A DNA stretch of 64,000 nucleotides from Thermoproteus sp. (GCA_049976425.1 JBMFIG010000001.1:224001-288000); one strand, 5' to 3'. Shown: positions 28,844-39,325, numbered from the stretch's first letter. Notes: generated by a model from the letters alone, not told the origin. Numbers and translations are program-made.

Positions 28844-30418
28844 GTGAACATATATAACTTCCTTATGAAGGGCATCGAGCGGACCGATCTAGATCCGTTG
28901 AGGTTTAGACAGACTATCAGGCTCGCGCTCCTGGGCGGCGTCGCCTTAGCCGCCCTGGGCGCCTTCTTCACGCTGGCCAAGGCGTTTCCGTTGGGGCCGC
29001 TCTTCCTCGGGCTCGGCGTATTCCTCATATTCATGCCTAAGGTCATCATAAGGGTTAGGGCGACCTCCATAAGGGAGATGTTGAACATGGAGATCCCGTT
29101 CCTGACGGTGCTCGTGCAGATGACCTTCGCCACCAAGGCCCCTCTAGAGCTCGCCATACAGCGCATGATGAGATACAAGGAGCTACCGGGCATAAGGACC
29201 CTCGCCGCGACGGCTTGGAACAACACGAGGATGCTGGGCATGGAGCCGTTAGACGCCTTGAAACGCGCCGTCGAGAAGCTAGCCCCCCAGAAGCTCATCT
29301 ACCGCTTCAACTCGCTCTACACAGCGCTTAGAGTCGGCGAGGACATAATAGCGAAGCTCTCGCTGTATATGGACATGGACATGGTGGAGTTCTCCACAGG
29401 GATGCAGAGGAGGATGGACTCCCTCGTCTCGGCCATCTCGGCGACGATCGTGGGGCTTGCCATGGTGTCAGTCACGGCGATAGTTGTGGGGCGCGGGAAC
29501 GCCGGGGTCTTTATTTTGATGGGCGGATTGCTACCGGCCGTGATGGGGGCAGTGATGGGCTTGATCATCAACGTGCCTCTGTTGAAAATGGATTTCAGGA
29601 TATGGCCTCTAATATTCGCCTTGATATCCGGCGTAGCCATGATGGTCTTGGGCTTCTTCCTCAACTTCGGCATATACACGCCCCTCGCGGCCGCCGCCAT
29701 AGCGGGCCTCGGCTACTTCGTCACTAAGGAGAGAGTCAACGCGCGCTCCTTCGAGAGAGGGTTCATGGACTTCTCATACGTCGTGCTCGACGAGCTGAAG
29801 CGCTCCCCCTCGATCGTTAGAGCCATGGAGAACGCCGTCACCTACGGCAACTTCGGCGACTTCACCCCGAGGGCCGCCTCGATGCTCAACGCGATAAAGT
29901 CCGGCATGACGGAGCTGGAGGAGATCGTCGTGAGGGGCATGCAACCGATAATGGCTATAGTCGCCAGGATATTCTTCGACATACACAGGCTGGGCACTCT
30001 CCCCCGCTCCACAGTAGACCAGCTCCAGAACTTCGTCGCAAAGCTCTTCGATTATAGAGAGCAGTTGAGCAAAGCCTTAGGTATCGTGAGGCTCCTCGCG
30101 GTGCTGGGCGCCGCCATGGTGGCCTTCGTCAACGCCTCCATGATTATAATGAGCCAGGCCATGGCCGGCGTCGCTGGCGGCGGGCCCGTGCCAGCGGCCG
30201 GCCTCGGCGGAGGCGGCATAGGGATGAACTTCCTCTATCTGGCGTTCGGCATGTTGGCCATAGGCTACTACTTCCTCTTCGCCAAGGTGAGCTTCTCGAC
30301 GCGGGGCGGCCTTATATACCTATCGATTTTCTATCTAGCTATGTTCGTAGTAATAATGGTCACCACAAGCGTTCTGAAGCCGGCTAACGCAACGTCCTCC
30401 TCGGCTGGGTTGCCATGA
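28844..30418 (+). CDS. type IV pilus/T2SS membrane platform protein (TadC/ArlJ-like)
   Basis: Two soluble T2SSF-like domains (EIPF..., LGMEPLDAL) each followed by TM helices; overlaps the ATPase start. Confidence 0.85.
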   Translation: MNIYNFLMKGIERTDLDPLRFRQTIRLALLGGVALAALGAFFTLAKAFPLGPLFLGLGVFLIFMPKVIIRVRATSIREMLNMEIPFLTVLVQMTFATKAPLELAIQRMMRYKELPGIRTLAATAWNNTRMLGMEPLDALKRAVEKLAPQKLIYRFNSLYTALRVGEDIIAKLSLYMDMDMVEFSTGMQRRMDSLVSAISATIVGLAMVSVTAIVVGRGNAGVFILMGGLLPAVMGAVMGLIINVPLLKMDFRIWPLIFALISGVAMMVLGFFLNFGIYTPLAAAAIAGLGYFVTKERVNARSFERGFMDFSYVVLDELKRSPSIVRAMENAVTYGNFGDFTPRAASMLNAIKSGMTELEEIVVRGMQPIMAIVARIFFDIHRLGTLPRSTVDQLQNFVAKLFDYREQLSKALGIVRLLAVLGAAMVAFVNASMIIMSQAMAGVAGGGPVPAAGLGGGGIGMNFLYLAFGMLAIGYYFLFAKVSFSTRGGLIYLSIFYLAMFVVIMVTTSVLKPANATSSSAGLP

Positions 30419-31905
30419 GCGCCACGCGCGGGCTAGGGTTCAGGCTGGAGCAGTGCCCCGGCATACCCGTCGAGGAGTACGGGGTCGAGGGCGCCAGGAT
30501 AACTATACATAAGTTCGAGGACGGCTTCTGCTACTCCGTCAACTACTCGTTCCCCTATTCGGACAAGGTGGGCGAGTACGTCTACAAGATAGTGGAGTAC
30601 CTCACCGCGAGGCAGGTGGTGAGGCCGGACATGACCAGGGAGGAGCTGGGCAAGCTCATAGACATGGCCATGGGCGATGTGGGCGTCCCCAAGCCGCTCA
30701 GGGCGCCCGTGCGTTTCTACGTGCAACTGGAGGCGGCCGACTACTCCTACCTCACCCCCCTCCTCTACGACGTACGGCTGGAGAACGTCAACATAAACGG
30801 TACCGACAGCCCCATATTTGTAGACCACAGAGACTACGGCTACAACATAAAGACCAACATAGTGCCGACCGACAAGGAGGTGATCTTGAGGATCATCAGC
30901 AGGGTGTACGCCGAGACCGGCAGGCCGTTGAACGAGCAGTACCCCATACAGGACACCTACCTGCGCCTCCCCAACGGGGCGCTTCTGAGGTTCGCCACGG
31001 CCATGTCGGGCAAGACGTCGCGCAACCCGCCCTACGTCTCGGTCCGTATCCAGCCGCCCGAGCCCATATCGCCCACCAAGCTCATAAAGAACAAGACCAT
31101 CTCGGCGCTGGGACTAGCCTATCTGTGGTACCTCTTCGAGAACCTCAAGTCCATAATGATAATAGGCGGCACCGGCTCCGGCAAGACGACGCTCCTCAAC
31201 GCGTTGCTGGTCCTGCTCCCCCACAAACGCATAGCGGTGGCTGAGGAGACCCCGGAGATACGCCTCCCCAAGAGCTTCACCAACTCCGTCCTCCTGTTCA
31301 CCTCGCCTCTCTACGACTACCAGAAGAACCTCCCCGGCTCGGAGTCTGCGATATACTTGATAGACCTCGTCCGCTTCCTCCTACGCGCCAGGCCGGACAT
31401 AGTGGTCATAGGCGAGAGCCGCGGCCGCGAGATACACGAGCTGATACAAGGCATATTGACGGGCCACGGCGGCGCAACGACCTTCCACGCCGAGGATATG
31501 GTCGAGGCCTTCATGAGGATGACCGGGGAGGCCATGGGCGTCTCCCCCGAACATATATCGGCTTTCAGCGCCGTCGCGGTCGTTAAGAAGTTCGACTGGG
31601 GCAGACGAGTTACCTCGCTTACAGAGGTAGTCTGGCTCAGGGCATATCCATACCCCGCCCTGAACAGGATAAAGATAAAGGAGGAGGAGTTCGGCTTGGT
31701 GGAGGTAGGTACCTACGACCGCAACCGGGACGCCTTCAATATAGATCTTAGACGGTCGTTCTGGTTGCAGAGGCTGGGCGGTATAGAGGAGGTCGCTGCG
31801 CGCGCCGAGCTTCTACAGGCGTTAGCCGACAAGGGGGTACTCGATGCGGAGGCTGTGGCCGAGGCCGTTAGGCAATACTATAGACTTAAGCGGAAGGCGC
31901 CGTGA
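30415..31905 (+). CDS. type II/IV secretion ATPase (TadA/ArlI/VirB11 family)
   Basis: GGTGSGKTT, EETPEI, LRARPDIVVIGESRG.E, TGHGGATTFHA. Confidence 0.95.
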   Translation: MSATRGLGFRLEQCPGIPVEEYGVEGARITIHKFEDGFCYSVNYSFPYSDKVGEYVYKIVEYLTARQVVRPDMTREELGKLIDMAMGDVGVPKPLRAPVRFYVQLEAADYSYLTPLLYDVRLENVNINGTDSPIFVDHRDYGYNIKTNIVPTDKEVILRIISRVYAETGRPLNEQYPIQDTYLRLPNGALLRFATAMSGKTSRNPPYVSVRIQPPEPISPTKLIKNKTISALGLAYLWYLFENLKSIMIIGGTGSGKTTLLNALLVLLPHKRIAVAEETPEIRLPKSFTNSVLLFTSPLYDYQKNLPGSESAIYLIDLVRFLLRARPDIVVIGESRGREIHELIQGILTGHGGATTFHAEDMVEAFMRMTGEAMGVSPEHISAFSAVAVVKKFDWGRRVTSLTEVVWLRAYPYPALNRIKIKEEEFGLVEVGTYDRNRDAFNIDLRRSFWLQRLGGIEEVAARAELLQALADKGVLDAEAVAEAVRQYYRLKRKAP

Positions 31906-32114
31906 TACTTTACGGGACGCCTGAGGGACTATTAAAGGCCTTGGAGGAGGAGATCACAAATCTACTGTCTCTAAAAGGCAAAGATCCGCATCTGGATAAA
32001 TATATAGATAATAAACTACGTATACTGAAAGAATGTTATAATAAAATAAAGAGGTCTACTTCTAATCAATTACAAATAGTGGCGATATCTACATGTTACG
32101 TTATTGAGCTATGA
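31902..32114 (+). CDS. small hypothetical protein
   Basis: 70 aa, 4-nt overlaps with both neighbours. Confidence 0.65.
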   Translation: MILYGTPEGLLKALEEEITNLLSLKGKDPHLDKYIDNKLRILKECYNKIKRSTSNQLQIVAISTCYVIEL

Positions 32115-32632
32115 ACGACCTCTATCTAGCTCTATTGATAGCTCTACTCACCGCGCTGGGCGGCTATCTGATACGGGATCTCCAAGCCCTCGGCATATTC
32201 GTCGGGCTCTCGGCAGCGGCTGCGTTCCTCATGGCGTTTCTCTTTAACGCGCCTGGAGCAGTTTTGGGCCTCATGGGGCTCGCCGTTGCTGGCGTTAAGA
32301 TAGTCCGCGCGCCTAAAGTAGCGGCCCGGGCTAGGCAATTGGTTAGGCGCACGTATAGATCCCGGAGGCGGCTGGAGGAGCTGGAGGAGATGACGCGCAG
32401 TCTATCCCGCGTACATATAATCGACGTAGTGCCGGCGGGTTCGCGGAGGGCTATCCATCCCAAGGTAATTCAACTGATAGAAATAGCCGACAAGGCGAGG
32501 GAACAGGGATACCAAGTAGCCGAGCCCACGTGGCTTAAGGAGGTGAGGCTATACAGGAGGCTTCTAGGCTCCGAGTTCGCGCCCGACGAACCGACTATAG
32601 TCAGCGATACGGAGGTGTTCACGTTAGAGTAA
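32111..32632 (+). CDS. hypothetical membrane protein
   Basis: Hydrophobic N-terminal ~60 aa and charged C-terminal domain. Confidence 0.7.
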   Translation: MNDLYLALLIALLTALGGYLIRDLQALGIFVGLSAAAAFLMAFLFNAPGAVLGLMGLAVAGVKIVRAPKVAARARQLVRRTYRSRRRLEELEEMTRSLSRVHIIDVVPAGSRRAIHPKVIQLIEIADKAREQGYQVAEPTWLKEVRLYRRLLGSEFAPDEPTIVSDTEVFTLE

Positions 32633-32646
32633 TAGCTGTATCCCGC

Positions 32647-33087
32647 TCAGTAGGCGAGGACGGCGTCTATCCCCAACGCATTTAGGGCCTTCACGGTATC
32701 GAGGTTATCGTCGAAGTGCGCCCATATCTTGACCCCGCTTCTTATCAGCCTGGCCATCGCGTCGGCCTTATATAGATGGTCTTGTCGAACGTCACCTAGA
32801 GGCCTCATATAGAGGCCGGCGAAGGGTACCCCGTAGGACCTAAGTTGCGCCTCGGTGCACCGCCTCATGTACTCCGGCCTTCCCGTGACCACGACTATCT
32901 TGCGGCCTCTTTCGTACAGGCGCAAGGCGAGCTCTATATATCGGTACTTAGGCGAGTCCAGACCTAGCTTACTGCAGTCGAGGAAACAGTCCCAGTCAAC
33001 CGAGCCGCCGTTTAGGCATATGGAGAGACGGCGGGAGGCGTCTACCAAGACGCCGTCTATGTCGAACGAGATCGCGCCGAGCGACAT
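32647..33087 (-). CDS. HAD-superfamily phosphatase (Pnkp phosphatase-like)
   Basis: FDIDGVL, VTGRPE, LYMRP..D, K, FDDN. Confidence 0.88.
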   Translation of the reverse strand: MSLGAISFDIDGVLVDASRRLSICLNGGSVDWDCFLDCSKLGLDSPKYRYIELALRLYERGRKIVVVTGRPEYMRRCTEAQLRSYGVPFAGLYMRPLGDVRQDHLYKADAMARLIRSGVKIWAHFDDNLDTVKALNALGIDAVLAY

Positions 33088-33129
33088 AGATAGGCACAAA
33101 GCTATTTATTTTATAGGTACTCGCCGCGC

Positions 33130-35874
33130 GTGGCCTTTAGCTTATTGAGGCGGGATCTGCGGGAGGCCATAGAGGCCTTGGGGTATAAAGAGCCCACGCC
33201 GGTTCAAGAGGCGGCGATCCCCGCAGTCCTCTCAGGAGCACACGTGTTGATAGTCGCGCCTACAGGGACGGGGAAGACCGAGGCCGCCGTGTTCCCCATA
33301 CTGTCCAGAATGCTCGACGAGGGGCTCAAGGACTGCGTCCAGGCCCTCTACATAACCCCGCTCCGCGCCCTCAATAGGGATCTCTTGAGGCGGCTAACCG
33401 CCGTGGCCGACATGGTCGGGATTAAGGTCGAGGTGAGGCACAGCGACACCGCCGAGGCGGCGAGGCGCAAGATCTACAGATCGCCTCCCCATCTGCTAAT
33501 AACTACCCCGGAGTCTCTGCAGATAATTCTCCTCAACAGATCTCTGAGGAGCTCGCTGAGGTGTGTAAGGCACGTCGTGGTGGACGAGGTGCACGAGCTG
33601 GTTGGGAGCAAGCGGGGGGTCCAGCTCGCCCTCGGCCTCGAGAGGCTCGTGGAGCTGGCGGGGGAATTCCAGAGAGTCGGCCTGTCGGCGACTGTCGGCG
33701 ACGTCAAGCTCGTCGCTGGCTTTTTGGGCGGCTCCGGACGCGATGTCAAGGTTGTGGACGTCTCGGCCGCCAAGCGCTACGAGGTGGAGGTCGTCGCCCC
33801 AACACCTTCCGAGGAGGATTACGCGGCCGCAGAGAAGTACGACGTAACTCCGGAGACCCTCGCCCGCCTAAAGTACGTGGCGGATCTCATAAAGAGGGAG
33901 CGGGGAAGCGTGTTGATATTCGCCAACACGAGGGATGGGGCCGAGTTCCTCGCGGCGAAGCTCAAGGCCTTGCTCGGAGGCGGCGTGGATGTGCACCACT
34001 CGTCGCTCGCCAGAGATCACAGGCTCTCAGTCGAGGAGAGGCTCAAGACAGGCGAGTTGAAGGCCGTTGTCGCCACCTCGAGCCTCGAGCTGGGCATAGA
34101 TATAGGCCACATAGGGCTGGTGGTGCAGTACGGCTCCCCCAGACAAGTAGTTAGGCTGGTCCAGAGAGTGGGCAGAGGGGGGCATAGGCTCGACGCCGTC
34201 TCCAGAGGCGTCGTGGTGGCGTCAGACCTCGAGGACTATCTAGAGGCCGAGGCGATAGCCGAGAGGGCCTTGAGGAGGGAGCTGGAGAGGGCGGTGGAGT
34301 ACCACGAAGTCGCGCTGGACGTTCTGTTACACCAGGTAGTGGGCATGGCGCTGGAGGCGAGGCTGGACGGAAAGCCCCTCTCCCTCGAGGACGTTTTGAG
34401 GGTGGCCAAGAGGGCCCACCCGTACGCCGGCCTCACCGCAGACGATCTGAGGCTCGTCCTGGACTTCGCGCAGAGGCACGGGCTCTTGGACCAGCTCAGG
34501 CCCAGGAAGGGCTCTATTAAGTACTACTTCGAGAACGTGTCGACTATACCCGACGAGAAGAGGTATAGGGCCGTCGACCAAGCCGCCGGAAAGGTCGTGG
34601 GCGAGCTGGATAGGGAGTTCGTCTTCACGATCGAGCCGGGAGCCAAGATAATCCTCTCGGGCAGGGCTTGGACGGTCTCCAAAATAGAGGGCGACGCCGT
34701 CTTCCTCTACCCCGAGCTGGATCTCGTGGGGGCTCTGCCGGGGTGGATAGGGGAGGAGATCCCAGTGCCTAGGGAGATAGCGGAGGACGTCTGCAGGAGG
34801 AGGGCCGTTGCGTTGAGGGAAGCCCTCAGAGGCGGATATGCCGGGATAGCCGATGTGGAGGGGCTGGCCGAGGAGGACATACCCACGCCGGAAGCGGTGA
34901 GGATACACCTATTCGGGAGGTTCGCGGCAGTCCATTCATGCCTCGGCTCTAAGGGGAACGAGGCGCTGGGCATGTACCTATCCCACCACCTGTCGGCGTA
35001 TCTAGGGCCGATAGGCTATAGGGCAGACCCGTACAGGGTCTTGTTGATCCACAGAGAGCCCATCGTGCAAAAGCCTCTCGTGGAGGCCTTCTATAGGGAT
35101 GATGTATATGTCCAGAGGACTTTGATGAACGCAGTAAAGGCCTCACGTATGTTTAAGTACAGATTTTTACAGGTAGCCCAGAGGGTAGGCCTTCTGTCGA
35201 GAGACGCCGAGGACATACCGCCTAGGCTGATAGAGGCCTACGCCGACGATCTGCCGGGCATAGAGGCGGTCAACGAGATCTTCGTGGAGAAGCTAGACTT
35301 GAAGGCCCTCTTGGATCTGATAGACGGCGTGAGGTCGGGCCGTTATAGGGTGGAGGTCAAGAGATATGCCGGGCCTACGGCCGTCGACAAGCCGTTGCTT
35401 GAGGAGGCGCTACGCGTCGACTTCACCTACAGGGGGCTGTCCCAGGAGGCGGTGAAGGACCTAGCCCGCAAGAGGATACTGAATAGGGAGGCCACGTTGC
35501 TCTGCCTAAACTGCGGCTGGACCTTCAGAGGGAAGGCCTATCTGTTGCCCGACAGGATAAGCTGTCCTAGATGCGGCGTCGGCGCCGTCGCCGTCGTCAA
35601 GGGAAGTCTGGAGAGGGCCTTGGAGATATGGAGGAAGTTCAGGGCAAGGCGCAAGCTGGATAGGGAAGAGGCCAGGGAGCTCGACGAGCTGAGACACAGC
35701 GCGTCTATAGTACTGGAGCACGGAAAGGTGGGGGTACTGGTGCAACTGGCCCACGGGGTGGGCCCCAAGACGGCCGTCAAGATACTCAACAAGCTGGCCG
35801 CCGGGGACGATCTGTGGAGCGCTATAGTAGACGCCGAGAGGCAGTACGCCGCCACTAGGGCTTTCTGGGATTGA
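33130..35874 (+). CDS. lhr: Lhr-family SF2 helicase
   Basis: APTGTGKTE, TPLRALNRD, TTPESL, DEVH, HHSSL, ATSSLELGID, QRVGR, STIPD, C-terminal Zn finger. Confidence 0.93.
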   Translation: MAFSLLRRDLREAIEALGYKEPTPVQEAAIPAVLSGAHVLIVAPTGTGKTEAAVFPILSRMLDEGLKDCVQALYITPLRALNRDLLRRLTAVADMVGIKVEVRHSDTAEAARRKIYRSPPHLLITTPESLQIILLNRSLRSSLRCVRHVVVDEVHELVGSKRGVQLALGLERLVELAGEFQRVGLSATVGDVKLVAGFLGGSGRDVKVVDVSAAKRYEVEVVAPTPSEEDYAAAEKYDVTPETLARLKYVADLIKRERGSVLIFANTRDGAEFLAAKLKALLGGGVDVHHSSLARDHRLSVEERLKTGELKAVVATSSLELGIDIGHIGLVVQYGSPRQVVRLVQRVGRGGHRLDAVSRGVVVASDLEDYLEAEAIAERALRRELERAVEYHEVALDVLLHQVVGMALEARLDGKPLSLEDVLRVAKRAHPYAGLTADDLRLVLDFAQRHGLLDQLRPRKGSIKYYFENVSTIPDEKRYRAVDQAAGKVVGELDREFVFTIEPGAKIILSGRAWTVSKIEGDAVFLYPELDLVGALPGWIGEEIPVPREIAEDVCRRRAVALREALRGGYAGIADVEGLAEEDIPTPEAVRIHLFGRFAAVHSCLGSKGNEALGMYLSHHLSAYLGPIGYRADPYRVLLIHREPIVQKPLVEAFYRDDVYVQRTLMNAVKASRMFKYRFLQVAQRVGLLSRDAEDIPPRLIEAYADDLPGIEAVNEIFVEKLDLKALLDLIDGVRSGRYRVEVKRYAGPTAVDKPLLEEALRVDFTYRGLSQEAVKDLARKRILNREATLLCLNCGWTFRGKAYLLPDRISCPRCGVGAVAVVKGSLERALEIWRKFRARRKLDREEARELDELRHSASIVLEHGKVGVLVQLAHGVGPKTAVKILNKLAAGDDLWSAIVDAERQYAATRAFWD

Positions 35875-36889
35875 CGAGGGTAGCGTATATCTCCTCCAGC
35901 CTCTTGTAGGCGTCCCAGCTCAGCTTGACCGACAAAGCCTCCAGATCCTCCTCGAGTTGTTCCAGCCTGGACACCCCTATTATCGGCACGATCGGCACCC
36001 CGACCTCCTCGGACCGCTTGAGAAGCCAGGCAAGCGCCAGTTGCGAGTCCCTTACGCCAAGGCCCGCGGCCACCTCGTGGAATTCCTGGAGCGCCTTGAG
36101 CCTCTCGGGGGTCAAATACCGCTTCACGAGCTCCTTCGAGAGATCTCCCGGCCTCGTCGCCCGGGAGCCCTCAGGCACACCGGAGAGGTACTTGCCGGTG
36201 AGGAAGCCCTGCGCCAGCGGGGAGTAGGCGAGTAGGCCGAGCCCGTATCTCCTTGCCACGGGCAGTTTGTCCTCGTTCTGCCTCTCCAGCCAGTTGTAGA
36301 GCTCCTGCGCGGAGATAAAGGGTACGTGTAGCTCCCGCGCCAGGTGGGCCATGTAGGCATATGCGTCTGCGGAGAAGTTGCTCGCCCCGATGTAGTGGAC
36401 CAAGCCTCTGTGGACCAGATCCGCCATGGCCTCCATAGTCTCCTCGAGGGGCGTCGAGGGATCCGGCGCGTGTAACTGGTATAGGTCTATGTAGTCGGTC
36501 TTCAACCTCCTCAGAGATTCTCTTATCTGCCACATTATGTGCTTCCTGGAGAGGCCCTCGCCGTTAGGCCACGGCGCCATCTGCCCTCTGACCTTAGTGG
36601 CTAGGACGTAGGAATCCCTGTCATATCCGGCGAGCAACTCGCCGAGTATCCTCTCCGCGTTGCCCACGTGGTTTAGATCCACGGGGGCCATCACGCCGTG
36701 GTATCTGTTGGCGGTATCTATGCAGTTTATGCCAGCGTCGAAAGCCCTCTTTATTATCTTCCTGAGCTCCTCCACGTCCACTTTAGGTATGCCGTATTGG
36801 TCGACCTCCCGTGACGCGGGGAGGTGCCAGGTGCCGAGGCACAGCCTCGACACCTTCAAGCCGCTTGAGCCCAGATTTACGTAGTCCAT
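35855..36889 (-). CDS. aldo/keto reductase
   Basis: LGSSGLKVSRLCLGT, DTANRY, ATK, IDLYQLH, YSPLAQGFLTGKY. Confidence 0.95.
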   Translation of the reverse strand: MDYVNLGSSGLKVSRLCLGTWHLPASREVDQYGIPKVDVEELRKIIKRAFDAGINCIDTANRYHGVMAPVDLNHVGNAERILGELLAGYDRDSYVLATKVRGQMAPWPNGEGLSRKHIMWQIRESLRRLKTDYIDLYQLHAPDPSTPLEETMEAMADLVHRGLVHYIGASNFSADAYAYMAHLARELHVPFISAQELYNWLERQNEDKLPVARRYGLGLLAYSPLAQGFLTGKYLSGVPEGSRATRPGDLSKELVKRYLTPERLKALQEFHEVAAGLGVRDSQLALAWLLKRSEEVGVPIVPIIGVSRLEQLEEDLEALSVKLSWDAYKRLEEIYATLVNPRKP

Positions 36890-36947
36890 GGCGTCGACTA
36901 GTCCAATAAAAATATGAACACATTAATACGGCCTCTCAAGGGGTGGC

Positions 36948-37271
36948 GTGATCACGATCTACAGAGACGAGCGTGGCGAAAATGCGGCTAGGGTGATCGA
37001 TCTCGGCGAGTTGAGAGTGGTGTCTATGGATGTATTTGTCGAGGGGGTTGAGGTGTCCGGAGACTTCAGGGTTCTGGAGATAGCCGGGAGGTATAAGATA
37101 TATATAAAGGCGAGGGAGGCGCCGGAAGGCAAGGTCGAGTTCGTGGTCTACGACAACGGCGCTCGAAAACAGTTGATAAGTATTAGATATATAGGAAGAC
37201 TTTCACAAGATAATATAATACAATATTTACAAAATCTTAAAAATAATATTGTTAAAGATAAGATATTGTAA
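36948..37271 (+). CDS. hypothetical protein
   Basis: 107-aa ORF with AT-rich 3' end. Confidence 0.6.
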   Translation: MITIYRDERGENAARVIDLGELRVVSMDVFVEGVEVSGDFRVLEIAGRYKIYIKAREAPEGKVEFVVYDNGARKQLISIRYIGRLSQDNIIQYLQNLKNNIVKDKIL

Positions 37272-37353
37272 GTATCTATTCTTAGTCGATCCTACGAACG
37301 TCTTAGCCGTTCGACGTTGCGTGCGCGTCGATATCCTCGACCTCGGCTATCTG

Positions 37354-37371
37354 TTATCATAGTTTTGATAA
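37354..37371. promoter_or_regulatory. palindromic operator candidate
   Basis: TTATCA-N6-TGATAA immediately upstream of the TATA-like CTTAAAA of the Mo/W transporter operon. Confidence 0.55.
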
Positions 37372-37400
37372 TACTTAAAAACAAGAGCCTCCCCAGCTCC

Positions 37401-38531
37401 ATGGACGGCAAGGCGCTTGCTCTGGGACTGATTGTGGGACTCCTTGTGGGTTTCGGCATCGCCTATATGCTGTCGAGCAGTTACCGGGCGGCTCCGCAGA
37501 CAACCACACAGACCACAACTACGGCGAGTCTACAACAGACTTTCGCCGTGGGGGCGGCGGGCACTCTTAAGTTCGCCTTCAACAGCCTATTGAACACATA
37601 TTCGCAACTCTACCCGTCCGTGCCCATGGGGAAGCCGCTGTACGAGGGCAGCGGCAAGCTCGCGCAGGACGAGGTGGCCAGCAAGCAGTTCAGCTTTGTG
37701 GCGGCTGCTGACACGACCACTATACCCTCGGTGTTGTTCAAGAACAACCTGACCGATTACGAGATAGCCTTCGGGATTACGCAAATGGCTATTATAGTCA
37801 ACCTAAACACGACGGCCGGCAGGGAGGTCTACGACTTATGGCAACAGGCCCAACAGCTACAGCCTCTCTCGTCCCAGTGGAACTCGACGTGGCGGCAGAT
37901 ATTCGAAATAATAGCGTTGAACAGCTCCACCACCGTCGGCGTGTCCGACCCGTTCACCGACCCGTCGGGCTACCAAGCCATGTGCATGTTGAAGCTGGCC
38001 GGCCTAACCTTCTTCGGGGACCCCAACGCCCTCTACAACGCCATATATAACAACCCCTCCAAGTACGTGATGAGGACCACGGAGGTGGATCTCCTGTCCT
38101 TGATGGCGTCCGGCCAGATACAGTTCGTCCTCTCCGCATATCTGTCCAACGCCATACCGCAGGTGAAGGAGTACAGAGGGCTCGCCTACATAACGCTGCC
38201 GCCGCAGATAAACCTCGGCTCGCTGGAGTACGTGTCCTATTATCATAAGGTCGGCGTGTCCTGGACAGAGACCGGTAAGACGAAGACCTTCTCCTGCAAC
38301 CCCGTCATATACACCCTGACAGTGCCCAAGACCGCGCCGAACCCGCAGGCGGCCGTTGACTTCGCTCTGCTGATATTCAGCCCGCAAGGCCAGCAAACCT
38401 TGAAGGAATTCGGCATACAGCCGATAGTCCCCGGCATAGTGTACGGCAACTATTCCGACGTGCCAGCCCAGCTGAGGCCCTACACAGTTCCTCTGTCGCA
38501 GGTGCCCCAGTACGCGCCGGCGTTCCCCTAA
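37401..38531 (+). CDS. wtpA: tungstate/molybdate ABC substrate-binding protein (WtpA-like)
   Basis: N-terminal TM plus Thr-rich linker, AAGTL, GSG, SDPFTDPSGY, Y.SNA, LPPQINL. Confidence 0.82.
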   Translation: MDGKALALGLIVGLLVGFGIAYMLSSSYRAAPQTTTQTTTTASLQQTFAVGAAGTLKFAFNSLLNTYSQLYPSVPMGKPLYEGSGKLAQDEVASKQFSFVAAADTTTIPSVLFKNNLTDYEIAFGITQMAIIVNLNTTAGREVYDLWQQAQQLQPLSSQWNSTWRQIFEIIALNSSTTVGVSDPFTDPSGYQAMCMLKLAGLTFFGDPNALYNAIYNNPSKYVMRTTEVDLLSLMASGQIQFVLSAYLSNAIPQVKEYRGLAYITLPPQINLGSLEYVSYYHKVGVSWTETGKTKTFSCNPVIYTLTVPKTAPNPQAAVDFALLIFSPQGQQTLKEFGIQPIVPGIVYGNYSDVPAQLRPYTVPLSQVPQYAPAFP

Positions 38532-39325
38532 TGGATCTATTTAAAGCCTCTGTTTTTTCCCTCTTCGGCGTCCTTCTGCTCTTCTTCCTGTACCCTCTCT
38601 TGCTCCTGATATATCTAGGCTGGGGGAGCTTAGCCGCCGCCCTCTCGACGGGGTCCTTCCTTCAGTCTCTGGGCTTGACCGTGCTCATATCGACAGCGGC
38701 GTCGCTGGCGGCGGTGGCCTTGGGCATACCCACGGCCTACGTCTTGGCCCGCCACGAGTTTAGGCTCAAGGAGCTGGTCGACGCAGTGATAGATATACCC
38801 ATCGTGGTGCCCCATACCGTAGTCGGCCTAATGGTCGTGCTGGCCTTTGTGGCGTACGGGCTCGGCCCCTCCCTCAACGCTTTGGGGATCAAGATCATAG
38901 ACGCGTTGCCGGGCGCCGTGATAGCCGTCTCCTATCTGTCGGCTACGTACGCTGTGAGGACCATCGAAAGCGCGATCAGGTTGTTGGACCCCGAGCTGGA
39001 AAACGCGGCGAGGACTCTCGGGGCCGGGCCATTCAGAGCCTTTTTGTCGGTCGTGTTGCCTAATATAAAGGGCGCTATAATCAACGGGGCCCTCCTCTCC
39101 TGGGCCCGGTCGGTCTCCGAGGCCGGCGCCTTGTTGGTGGTGGCCTACTACGTGATAGTGGGCAACGCCTCCATATATCCAGCCTCTATATACATATATC
39201 AAGCATATATAGGCCTAGGCCTTGACGAGGCGGTGAAGTTCTCGGCGGCGTTGGTAACGTTCGTCCTTGCGGTGTTCTTCGCCTATCGTCTAGCCGTTAA
39301 ATATGTTGGAGCTAAGAGGAGTTAG
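38531..39325 (+). CDS. wtpB: Mo/W ABC permease
   Basis: IDIPIVVPHTVVG, ENAARTLGA (EAA loop), WARSVSEAGA. Confidence 0.85.
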   Translation: MDLFKASVFSLFGVLLLFFLYPLLLLIYLGWGSLAAALSTGSFLQSLGLTVLISTAASLAAVALGIPTAYVLARHEFRLKELVDAVIDIPIVVPHTVVGLMVVLAFVAYGLGPSLNALGIKIIDALPGAVIAVSYLSATYAVRTIESAIRLLDPELENAARTLGAGPFRAFLSVVLPNIKGAIINGALLSWARSVSEAGALLVVAYYVIVGNASIYPASIYIYQAYIGLGLDEAVKFSAALVTFVLAVFFAYRLAVKYVGAKRS

